Source: Chiloscyllium plagiosum (taxonomy: Eukaryota). From it: DNA of 20,000 nt. Position 1 is the stretch's first letter, and the number at the start of each line of letters is the position of its first letter. Below the pieces are notes generated by a model. That model made no database searches, had not been told where the DNA came from, and worked only from the letters and a program-made list of their open reading frames with translations. Location of the stretch: assembly GCF_004010195.1 (NCBI RefSeq), contig NC_057719.1:87441737-87461736 (forward strand), read 5' to 3'. This document shows, one piece after another, positions 9,871-19,709 of this stretch. A program made the translations under genes and the position numbers.

Positions 9871-11048
9871 TGTTATTGACCAGGCCAGATCCCCTCAAAC
9901 CATTTCAAGAAAGTATTCCAGACCCTAACATTTCTAGTTGTTTTAAGCAGGTGTACAGTGGATGCTCCAGGGGTGGGTGATGCAGCTGTTTTAAACAAAA
10001 GAGAATGTATTTGCAGAGTAACGAATGAAACACCAACAAAAGAGAGCAGAACATAGAATAACCTAGCTGAAAACCTAACAGGCTATCTCAGCTTAATGAT
10101 GCTGTTCCAAATTCCTGCAACGATCCCCATATATACCCCTCAGCAAAAGGTAAAATCAGACACAGGTTCTTCTTACAGGAGAGAGGGATAGCAGAGAGAT
10201 TCAGCACGGAACCCCCTTCCACTGTCGCTGTTTCCTTAGATTCACAAGCTTAAACCGGCCAGCAGCTCTGAACGGCCAGACTGCTAAAACCAAACCAAGC
10301 CAAGCAAGTGAAGAGCAGAGCTGGGAGAACTGGCCACTTTCCTTTCATTGTACAAGTGTTTTCATAAAAAAAACTTGAAAGCCTTTTTTTGCCCGAAGCA
10401 GTATCTGCTAGCTACAATCAGATTGGCCCTAAAGCCCATCCAAACCGGACTCATCAGAATCTAGAAGGAGAAAGTCAGGACTGCAGATGCTGGAGATCAG
10501 AGTTGAGAGTGCTGGAGAAGGACAAGGAGCAGGAGAATCGACGTTTCGGGCATAAGCCTTTTTTTAGGCATGAGGCTTATGGGCTGGAGGGTGAGGGGGG
10601 GCAGGTAGGTGGGTAGCTGCGAAAAAAATGGGGGTTGGTGAGGCTGGGGGGAAGGTAGCTGGGAATGTGATTGGTAGATGAAGGTTGGGGGGGGAAGGTG
10701 ATAGGTTGGAGAGGAGAATGGAGCGGATAGATGGGAAGGAAAATGGACAGGTCAAGAGGGCAGTAACGAGTTGGAGTCTTGGGACTGGGATAAGGTGTGG
10801 GGAGGGGAAATGAGGAAACTGTTGAAATCCACATTGATTCTGTGTGGTTGCAGGGTCTCATGATAGGAGATAAGGCTTTGGGTCGTTAGGGTTTGGCAAT
10901 GGTGGAGGCCCAGAACCTGTCCTTGATAGAGTGAGAGGTCCAAATTGTGATGGATTGAATGCGGTCCAGAGTCTGAATCTATGTGTTTTGACAGTCTCAA
11001 AAAAACCCAAGGACAACCTAACCTTGTTAAAGGAGCAGCATCATCACA
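9871..11048. mobile_element. Solo LTR inserted in the minisatellite and itself interrupted at 10464-10974
   Basis: It has TGTT...CACA termini and 4-bp flanks CATG (9867-9870) and CGTG (11049-11052), which differ by one CpG-type change. The minisatellite resumes immediately afterwards. Confidence 0.65.
10464..10974 (-). mobile_element. 5'-truncated Penelope-like element of a second family: endonuclease C-terminus, pyrimidine-rich 3' region and terminal repeat with a dead hammerhead motif
   Basis: The minus frame reads QVLGLHHCQTLTTQ..SYHETLQPHRINVDFNSF, like the PLE GIY-YIG C-terminal 'GTLQPxGxN'. The motif ggcttatgcccGAAACGTCga lies at about 10558-10538. There is a 7-bp TSD, GAATCTA, at 10457-10463 and 10975-10981. 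Confidence 0.8.
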
Positions 11049-11052
11049 CGTG

Positions 11053-12330
11053 GTGATTGCATTTCTGTGATGGGGAGTGTGGGGTCTGTGTTTCTGTGAT
11101 GGGGAGTGCAGTGTCTGTGTGTCTGTGATGGGGAGTGTGGGGTCTGTGTTCCTGTGATGGGGAGTGCGGTGTCTGTGTTTCTGTGATGTCGAATATTGGG
11201 TCTGTGTTTCTGTGATGGGGAGTGTGGGGTCTGCGTTTCTNNNNNNNNNNNNNNNNNNNNNNNNNNNNNNNNNNNNNNNNNNNNNNNNNNNNNNNNNNNN
11301 NNNNNNNNNNNNNNNNNNNNNNNNNNNNNNNNNNNNNNNNNNNNNNNNNNNNNNNNNNNNNNNNNNNNNNNNNNNNNNNNNNNNNNNNNNNNNNNNNNNN
11401 NNNNNNNNNNNNNNNNNNNNNNNNNNNNNNNNNNNNNNNNNNNNNNNNNNNNNNNNNNNNNNNNNNNNNNNNNNNNNNNNNNNNNNNNNNNNNNNNNNNN
11501 NNNNNNNNNNNNNNNNNNNNNNNNNNNNNNNNNNNNNNNNNNNNNNNNNNNNNNNNNNNNNNNNNNNNNNNNNNNNNNNNNNNNNNNNNNNNNNNNNNNN
11601 NNNNNNNNNNNNNNNNNNNNNNNNNNNNNNNNNNNNNNNNNNNNNNNNNNNNNNNNNNNNNNNNNNNNNNNNNNNNNNNNNNNNNNNNNNNNNNNNNNNN
11701 NNNNNNNNNNNNNNNNNNNNNNNNNNNNNNNNNNNNNNNNNNNNNNNNNNNNNNNNNNNNNNNNNNNNNNNNNNNNNNNNNNNNNNNNNNNNNNNNNNNN
11801 NNNNNNNNNNNNNNNNNNNNNNNNNNNNNNNNNNNNNNNNNNNNNNNNNNNNNNNNNNNNNNNNNNNNNNNNNNNNNNNNNNNNNNNNNNNNNNNNNNNN
11901 NNNNNNNNNNNNNNNNNNNNNNNNNNNNNNNNNNNNNNNNNNNNNNNNNNNNNNNNNNNNNNNNNNNNNNNNNNNNNNNNNNNNNNNNNNNNNNNNNNNN
12001 NNNNNNNNNNNNNNNNNNNNNNNNNNNNNNNNNNNNNNNNNNNNNNNNNNNNNNNNNNNNNNNNNNNNNNNNNNNNNNNNNNNNNNNNNNNNNNNNNNNN
12101 NNNNNNNNNNNNNNNNNNNNNNNNNNNNNNNNNNNNNNNNNNNNNGATTGTGAGTGTGGGGTCTGTGTTTCTATGACGTGGAATGTTGGATGTGTATTTC
12201 TTTGATGTGAATATGGGGTCTTTGTTTCTGTGATTGGGAATGTAGGGGTCTGTGGTTTTGTGATGGGGAACATTGGGTCCATGTTTATGTGTGTGCTTGC
12301 ATTTCTGTGATGGGGAGTGTATGGGTCTGT
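11053..12330. repeat. Continuation of the 29-bp G-rich minisatellite across gap 1
   Basis: Units gtgtttctgtgatggggagtgtggggtct occur at 11053-11240, and more decayed units at 12146-12330. Both sides of the gap have the same strand polarity. Confidence 0.9.
11241..12145. other. Assembly gap (905 N)
   Basis: N run inside the minisatellite. Confidence 1.
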
Positions 12331-12691
12331 TATTCATCTGTTGTGTCATTTCTGCTGTTAATAGGTTGTGTGTAATGAGCTGTGGGTGGGGTAACAGTGA
12401 TGAGGAAGGGTAGAAAGGCGTTCCCTCCTCACTGGGGCCATACTGTTCTTGTTGGGAGTGGGTACACTTCCCATCAAGCAGCAGTTCAATGCTTTCAGGC
12501 TAACTCTCATCAATCCTGTTTCTATGGGCTAGTAATGAATTAAGTTTCTTACTGTTTGAGGAACAGGAAACCCCTGCTGTACTGTTCTCATTAGACCATC
12601 TGTTCTCTCCATCAGGCAAGTAGAAATAGGAGCAGTTTCCCCTCAATCCCTTCAATACTCTCATCGAGGCAGTCGCAGGGTGCACGAGCGA

Positions 12692-12721
12692 GCACACAGA
12701 CACACACATGCACACACACAC
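12692..12721. repeat. Imperfect (CA)n microsatellite
   Basis: The sequence is gcacacagacacacacatgcacacacacac. Confidence 0.7.
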
Positions 12722-13559
12722 GGTTAAACACTTATACACATACTTCTGCAGGCACACATTATGTACAAAATCTGCTCCAACATCAGCCTCACAATTCAAC
12801 ACATTTTGCACTGAAGGAGCCCACCCTCAGTGAGGTTCGGTCTCTAGCGTAGCAACACAGACAACACGCTTGCTAAGTAACATCACATTAACTTGAAGTG
12901 TAATGTTTTTTCATATACACTAACTGGAGCAATTCAAACCACCCACACCACCAACCATTTCCCTTAAATGCTGACATACTGTGTTGAGAGATTGGAGCCT
13001 CTGTCCCATTTACACTCCTTCTAGCAATTCTCACTGCAGCTCCATTTGAGCAGAATCCGTGATACCTACTGACATGATAGATTGGGACTGAGCTATCAGC
13101 TCTGTTAGCTGTGAAGGTGAATGTGAGTGTGACACACTTGCCCGTAAAGCTCTCTTGCAGATGCCTGCCTTTTGGCTGCCCAGGGTTCTGACACTGTATG
13201 CACCATTCAGACAGCCTGCAGGAATCCTTTGTTCTGGTCTGAGCCATGATCTCATTCACGAGGCATGACCGTCTCCCATCACTTGCAGCCAGAATGAGCT
13301 CAGGAGAAGCTGTGGCCTCGTCCAGCAACTACATCTGCTCTCAATCAGCTGCATTGGCTCAGACTAAGGGCTGTGCAGCCAGAATTCTCTCCTCCAATGC
13401 AAAGTTTCATTGATAACTTCCCTCACCGAGCGGCTAAAGACTAACAGAGAAGACTAAGAGGCTGTGATTCGTTTCTCCAGAAGTCTTTAAGGTCATGAAA
13501 GGGTTTGACAAGGTCAATGAAGGCAGAATGTTTCTCTAACTAAAGGGATGTTCAATTCT

Positions 13560-14062
13560 TTTTCATTCATGGGGATATAGGTGCGGCTGGCTATGACAGA
13601 ATTTATTGGCCATCTGTAACTACCTTTGAGAAAGTAATGGTGGTAAATATAAATATACAAGTTGGGAGAAGGAGGCCATTCAGCCCTTAGAGCCTGCTCT
13701 GCCAGCAACTTAGATCATGATCAATCTGATCTCTTTGTGGCCTTAACTTCACATTTGCACCAACTCTTGATAACACTCAACTCCTCCATCAGTCTGCGTG
13801 GGGAGCTGCCATCTTGAACAGTGGCAGCCCTTAGGGAGGGAGCTCCAGGATTTTGACACAGCAACAGTGAAAGAACTGCAATATATTTTCAAGTCAGGAT
13901 GGTGAGTGGTTTAGAGGGGAACTTGCAGGGGTGTTGTTCCCATGTATCTGCTGTCCTTGTCCTTCCAGATGGTTGTGGGTTTGGAAGGTGGTGGGTGTAT
14001 GTATCTGCTGTCCTTGAGCTTCGCAGGTTGGGAAGTTGCTGTCGGAGGTTTCTTGGTGATTG
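13560..14062 (-). mobile_element. LINE 3' fragment (CR1/L2 group) with a nested CR1 tail at about 13655-13790
   Basis: The host blocks ttcattcatgggga..atttattggccat, ttagggagggagctccaggattttgac and aagtcaggatggtg are interrupted by ggaggccattcagccctt..cctgctctgcca..agatcatg. Confidence 0.7.
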
Positions 14063-14334
14063 GTGCAAAGAAAATCTAATAAACTGATTGGGAGTTCAGA
14101 AGACACCAAAGCACGGTCAGAATGTGGAAAATCCAACCACAAGGAGACACCGAGGCAAAGAGCCCACATGGATTTAAGGGAAAGGAAAAGAAATTGGTTG
14201 CAAAGTGTTTTCAGGGCATCCTGAGATTGTGAATATTGTTATTAAAATGCCTCTTACATAAAGACTGGCTAACACGGACCTGAATGAAAAGCCCATAATT
14301 GGTCCAGCTGGATTGTCGAGTTTGATTAGTCAGG

Positions 14335-14447
14335 GAACAAAGGGTTACAGGGTGTGGCAACAGCATAGGGTTTGGAAACATATCAGCCATGATCGAACGG
14401 CAGAGCACACATAATGGGCTGAATGGCCTAATTCTGCTCCTATATCA
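14335..14447 (+). mobile_element. CR1 LINE 3' tail
   Basis: The sequence is atcagccatgatcgaacggcagagca...atgggctgaatggcctaattctgctcctatatc. Confidence 0.75.
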
Positions 14448-14526
14448 TATGGACTTGTCCACTCAGTGTAGAGTTTCTGCTCTATCGGTTCACATTTTAA
14501 AAGGTAAAAGCAGGAAGACCTGCGAT

Positions 14527-14845
14527 CATACAGCACCTTTCACAACTGATGTATGTCTCACAGCATTTCACAGCTCGTGAGAGACTTCTTAAGTGTAGAC
14601 ACTGCTGTCATGTAGAAAATCCAGCAGTCAGTTTACACACAGAATACACCCACAACATGTGGTGAGATTATGACCAGTTAGTGTGGTTTCATGGTGTTGA
14701 TTCAGGAACATACAGTGACCTGGATGTCATGAAGAAATCTCCTGATGCTCTTCAAAATAGTGCACTGGGATTGACCCAAGGCAGATATGGCAGTTCAAGA
14801 TCTCACCTGAAGCACTTTCAACAGAGCAGCACTCCCTCAGTACTG
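14527..14845 (-). mobile_element. DeuSINE (SacSINE1-like) 3' tail and Deu-domain running into the 33-bp array
   Basis: It is the antisense counterpart of 3617-3852, with blocks agcacctttcacaac, aagtgtagacactg, atgaccag, gctcttcaaaatagtgc, ggcaga and tctca. These lead into acagagcagcactccctcagtactg. Confidence 0.7.
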
Positions 14846-15041
14846 AACCTCCAACAGTGCATCACCCCCTCGATACTGACACTCTGACAGTGCAGCACTT
14901 CCTCAGTACTGACCCTCTGACATACAACACTCCCTCAGTACTGACCCTCCGACAGTGCAGCACTACCTCAGTACTGACCCTCTTACAGTGCAGCATTCCC
15001 TCAGTACAGACCCTCTTACAGTGCAGCACTCCCTCAGTACT
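14822..15041. repeat. 33-bp minisatellite (same family as 5546-5840), truncated by gap 2
   Basis: About 6.5 units of cagtgcagcactccctcagtactgaccctctta. Confidence 0.93.
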
Positions 15042-15541
15042 NNNNNNNNNNNNNNNNNNNNNNNNNNNNNNNNNNNNNNNNNNNNNNNNNNNNNNNNNNN
15101 NNNNNNNNNNNNNNNNNNNNNNNNNNNNNNNNNNNNNNNNNNNNNNNNNNNNNNNNNNNNNNNNNNNNNNNNNNNNNNNNNNNNNNNNNNNNNNNNNNNN
15201 NNNNNNNNNNNNNNNNNNNNNNNNNNNNNNNNNNNNNNNNNNNNNNNNNNNNNNNNNNNNNNNNNNNNNNNNNNNNNNNNNNNNNNNNNNNNNNNNNNNN
15301 NNNNNNNNNNNNNNNNNNNNNNNNNNNNNNNNNNNNNNNNNNNNNNNNNNNNNNNNNNNNNNNNNNNNNNNNNNNNNNNNNNNNNNNNNNNNNNNNNNNN
15401 NNNNNNNNNNNNNNNNNNNNNNNNNNNNNNNNNNNNNNNNNNNNNNNNNNNNNNNNNNNNNNNNNNNNNNNNNNNNNNNNNNNNNNNNNNNNNNNNNNNN
15501 NNNNNNNNNNNNNNNNNNNNNNNNNNNNNNNNNNNNNNNNN
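15042..15541. other. Assembly gap of exactly 500 N, probably a fixed-size scaffolding spacer
   Basis: Round-number N run. The flanking sequences are unrelated to each other. Confidence 1.
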
Positions 15542-15629
15542 ATTTACGATCACATCCTCGGGGTGTGCCAGAACATTAACTCCCCAATTGCTTGCCTGTT
15601 TTGATGTGTAGTTATGGGTGTCCAAACAT

Positions 15630-16200
15630 TTGAGTTTAGGAATTGGGATATTATATTAAGGTTATAGAGGACATTGGTGAGGCCTCCTCTAGAATACTCT
15701 GTCCAGTTCTGATCGCCTAGTTATAAGAAGGATAGTATCAAACTGGAGAGGGTTCAGAAGAGATTTACCAGGATGTTGCCAGGTATGGTAGGTTTGAGTT
15801 ATAAAGAAAGGTTAGATAGGCTGGGATATTTTCACTGGAGCGTAGGAGGTTGCCAGGTGACCTGATAGAAGTTTACAAAACAACGAGAGGTATAGATAGA
15901 GTTGATGGTAGCTGTCTTTTCCCTAAGATGGGGAATTTCAAGACTAGGGGACACTATTTAAGCTGAGAGGAGAGCAATTTAAAAAAGACATAAGAGACAT
16001 TTTTTTTACACAGAGGGTGTTTCCCGCATGGAGTGAACTTCCTGAGGAAATGGTGGATGTGGGTACAATTACAATCTTTAAAAGACATGAATGGGAAATG
16101 TTTGGAGGGATATGGGCCTACGGTTTAGTTTGGGATTATGTTGAGCATTGACTGGTTGGACCAAAGGGTCTGTTTCCATCCTGTATGACTCTTTGACTCT
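15630..16200 (+). mobile_element. CR1/HER1-type LINE 3' end
   Basis: The blocks ttggtgaggcctc..tagaatact (LVRP.LEY), ctggagagggttcagaagagatttaccaggatgttgcc and ggtgacctgatagaagtttacaaaa are present. It ends gggtctgtttccatcctgtatgactctttgactct. Confidence 0.92.
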
Positions 16201-16389
16201 GTGCCTAAATATAATTCATTGCTGCTCATACGCTTTGGTATTGTGGGTTCTCTTTCACTACAAAGAGCTTGGCTCACACCATCTTCTCAGGGGCACCTTA
16301 GAGTGATCAATCAATGCCAGCCTTGATCAGTGACACCTGATCACAAGAGTGAAAACAAAAATCAATGTTTCACTATTCAGGCTGGGCTG

Positions 16390-16510
16390 TTAGTATATTC
16401 AAGGCTAAGATAGACAGGGAAAAAAGGCAGGAAAATGGAGGTTAGGATTGTCAGATTGGTCATAATCTCATTGAATGGCAGAGCAGTCTCGTGGTCACAT
16501 GGTCTATTGC
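16390..16510 (+). mobile_element. Decayed CR1 3' tail
   Basis: The blocks tatattcaaggctaagatagacag, ggcaggaaaatggag and ataatctcattgaatggcagagcag are present. Confidence 0.6.
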
Positions 16511-16624
16511 AACAGCCCTGTTCTTAACCTGTTAGAAGTACACATTTTCTGCATTAGAGCAAAATATTCATAGTTTGCTGTAAAAAGGTCCTAATAAAAG
16601 GGGAAATCAGAGAGTATACAAATG

Positions 16625-17580
16625 AGGAGGAGTAGGCCATTCAGCCCTTCAAACCTGCTCCGTTGTCTCATTACACTATGTTCCCACCTACCCCCAATAA
16701 CCTTTCATTGCCTTGAATGTTAAAAATATCCAAAGACACTGCTTCCCACCACTATTTGAGGAGGGACTATCCAAAGTCTCATAAACCTTCCCTGCTTTTA
16801 TATTCTATATCCCAGCTAATGAAGGCAAGCATCCTAACTGCCTTCTTTACCACGCTATCTATCTGGACTGGCACCTTCAGGAATCTGAAGGATCTCAAAA
16901 AAATTCAGTTGTTATTCAGACAGGATCTCTGGCTAACAAAGCTGTGCTGACTATCCCTGATCAATCCCTGCTTTTCCAAGCATTCCATGCCTCAGTGGTT
17001 TTTTTCCCAATAATTTCCACACCAGCGACACCAGCCTAACGGGTCTATAATGGCCCATCCCTGATGCCCTTCCTGAACTTTTCTTTCATATTAGCTATCC
17101 TCCAGTCATCTGGCACTTCACTTGTGGCCAGTGAAGTATTAAATATCTCCACAGGGCCCCAGCAATCAGGAATATTGTGAATATAGATGAGAAATATTCA
17201 TTTACGACCTCAGCCACATCCTGTGGCTCCATGCACAGATTGCCCCTTTGGTCTCTAATAGGCCCCACTCTTCCCTAATTCTAGATTCTCCCACAAAAGG
17301 AGATATCTCCTCCACACCCATCTTGCCAAGTCCCCTCAGGATCTTGTGTCTCTCAATCAAGTCACTCTCATTTTTCTAAACTCCAGAGGATACAGGCCCA
17401 GCCTATCCCATCATTCCTGATAAAGAGAACCCTCCCATTCCTGATGAAGGGCTTATACCTGAAACATTGGTTCTCCTGTTCCTCAGATGTTGCCTGAGCT
17501 GCTGTGCTTTGCAACTCTGATCTCCAGCATCTGCACTCCTCACTTTCTCCTAGTCCAGGTATGTGGCTAGTAAACCTTCA
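16625..17580 (-). mobile_element. Cluster of decayed antisense CR1 fragments
   Basis: There is a tail ggagtaggccattcagcccttcaaacctgctc at about 16629. RT-region pieces include aagctgtgctgactatccctga, taatttccacaccagcga and gctatcctccagtcatctggcac. The block ttctaaactccag..tacaggcccagcct lies at about 17375. Confidence 0.65.
17436..17553 (+). mobile_element. Short Penelope-like terminal-repeat element starting with a hammerhead motif, inserted in a CR1 fragment
   Basis: It reads cattc-CTGATGA-a-gggc ttat acct-GAAAC-attg...tgcctgagctgctgtgcttt...ctccagcatctgcactcctcactttctcc. The host CR1 reads cccattcc|aggtat, and TCC occurs on both sides (17439-17441 and 17554-17556). Confidence 0.78.
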
Positions 17581-17724
17581 AAAGGAGCTAGGATTGCTGA
17601 CAACGGAGCAGAGAGATTTAATAGGGATTTAAGACAGTTACAAAGCATTTTTGTAGAATGAATAAGAAGAATCCCTAACCAAATAAAAACAAGTTCAAGA
17701 CAATTAGGAGAGGAACCAGAAGGG

Positions 17725-17955
17725 AGATGAGATTTGTTTTTAACCCATCCATTGTGGAATCTGGAATGCACTGAAACACTGGAGAAAGTGGATTCGGTTC
17801 TGATTTTCCGAAGAGATTGGAGGTACCTGTGAAGGAGATGAGGTTTGAGAGCCTTGGGGATGCAGTGGGGGAGAGAGGCAGGTACAATGACTAGCTCTTT
17901 CTAAGAGGTAGCACAGCCATGAGGGCTGGAATGGCTTCATTCTGAGCTGTTCCAA
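17725..17955 (+). mobile_element. Highly decayed CR1 3' end
   Basis: The blocks tttttaaccca..ggaatctggaatgcactg and atgagggctggaatggct..ttctgagctgt are present. Confidence 0.5.
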
Positions 17956-18014
17956 TCATATTTCACACCAGGTGTGGCTGCCTCTGGGTTCTTTTGGATT
18001 CCAGGTTTGTAATG

Positions 18015-19180
18015 AGACCATAAGACATAGGAGTGGAAGTAAGGCCACTCAGCCATCGAATCCACTCCACCATTTAATCATGGCTGATGGGCATTTCAAC
18101 TCCACTTACCCGCACTCTCATCGTAGCCCTTAATTCCTTGCAAGATAAAGAATTTATCAATCTCTGCCTTGAAGAGATTTAACGTCCCAGCCTCCACTAC
18201 GCTCCGTGGCAATGTATTCCACAGGCCCACCACTCTTTGGCTGAAGAAATGTCTCCTCATTTCCGTTCTATATTGACCCCCTCTAATTCTAAGGTTGTGC
18301 CCACTGGTCCTATTCCCCCCCCACCTAATAGAAACAACTTCCCAGTGTCCACCTTTTCTAAGCCATGCATTGTCTTGTAAGTTTTGATTAGATCTCCTCT
18401 AAACCTTCTAAACTCTAATGAATACAATTACAGGATCCTCAGCCGTTCATCGTATGTTAGGCCTACCATTCCAGGGATTATTTGTGTGAATCTCCACTGA
18501 ACATGCTCCAGTACCAGTATGTTCTTCCTGAAATGTGGGGCCCAAAATTGGCCCCACATTTCTAAATGGGGCCTAATTAGAGCTTTACAGAAGCACATTG
18601 CTGCTTTTATATTCTAACCCTCTTGAGATAAATAACAACATTACGTTTGCTTTCTTAATCATGGACTCCCTCTGCAAGTCAACCTTTAGAGAATCCTGGA
18701 TTAGCGCTCCCAGATCCCTTTGTACTTTGGCTTTATGAATTTTGTCACCGTTTAGGAAATAGTCCATGCCTGTACTCTTTTCCAAAGTGCAAGACCTCAC
18801 ATTGAACTTCATCAGCCATTTCCTGGACCACTCTCCTAAACTATCTAAATCTTTCTGCAGCCTCCCCACCTCCTCAATACTACCTGCCTGTCTGCCTAAC
18901 TTCGTTATCATTGGCGAACTTCGCCAGGATGCCCCAGTCCCTTCATCCAGGTCATTAATATATAAAGTGAACAGCTGCGAATCCAACACTGAACCCTGCA
19001 GGACACACCACTTGTCACCAGCTGCCATTCCAAAAAAGAACCTTTTATCCCAACATTCTGCCTTCTGTCAGACAGCCAATCCTCAATCCATGCCAGTAGC
19101 TCACCTCAAACTCCATGGGTCCTCATCTTACTCAGCAGCCTCCCGTGAGGCACCTTATCAAAGGCCTTTAGGAAGTCTAA
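18015..19180 (-). mobile_element. CR1 LINE 3' portion with a reverse transcriptase remnant
   Basis: The minus ORF has QGSVLDSQLFTLYINDLDEG..TKLG..LQKDLDSLGEWSRKWLMKFNV..QRDLG, which are CR1 RT motifs (frameshifted). The tail ends cctatgtcttatggtc. Confidence 0.93.
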
Positions 19181-19508
19181 CATAATTAAGAACTCCTTGA
19201 GTGCAATCCCTCAAGTTTCTTCATAGATACTCAGTGTCTGTGTAACCTGAATACCCAGCACCATTTCAGGCCAGAGGTAAGTGCAGACGGGAATGTTTGC
19301 TGCATTTTACTGTCAATACAGATTACACAGCAAACTTTGTTGCGTTCAAAATGATATGCTCTTGGTCCACTGGGACATGAGGTTTTGCACGAAAAAAGAT
19401 TTTGGCAATGATAGAAGCTCCAGGCTAGCATCACTCTATACGTTGCCCCCACCTCCACCCCAACCCTCCACTCTGACCTCTACATATTCTGAACTCTGCG
19501 TCCCCTAG

Positions 19509-19709
19509 GCCCGGGATTACTTCTCCTGGTCGGCTGAGCTGCTGAGGGAAATGAAAGTGGAGGAAGCAACACGTGACAGTTTCATGACGGATTTAAAGCT
19601 GACCCAGCATCAGCAGCTCCGAGCGGAAATCGATGCCAGGGAAGAGACCTTTGAGCAAGTCATGGCCCTGGGTCAGGAGATCCTGCACGAATCCTACCCA
19701 TCACAAGAC
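19509..19709 (+). CDS. SPTBN5: Internal coding exon of a beta-V spectrin (SPTBN5-like) gene; absent from the ORF track
   Basis: Branch-like ctctgac at 19471-19477, acceptor tcccctAG|GCC and donor GAC|GTgagc. The exon is 201 bp, phase 0/0, and encodes ARDYFSWSAELLREMKVEEATRDSFMTDLKLTQHQQLRAEIDAREETFEQVMALGQEILHESYPSQD. It resembles the recalled human SPTBN5 segment VRDYASWAARVRQDLQVEE...LKLSAHQWLRAELEAREKLWQQATQLGQQ. Confidence 0.88.

Noticed and set aside
11027..12349. ORFs of 326-440 aa
   Set aside because: They are artefacts of reading through the N gap. The same applies to the ORFs at 14857-15625.
12888..13328. 146-aa and 74-aa minus-strand ORFs with an acceptor-like ttcaccttcacAG near 13109, as a candidate missing spectrin exon
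   Set aside because: The helical-looking frame (LTELIAQSQSIM...) hits stops at 13031-13033 and soon after. The other frames show no spectrin signature.
13942..14016. 18-bp direct repeat atgtatctgctgtccttg
   Set aside because: It is a small local duplication within a dead LINE fragment, with no sign of function.
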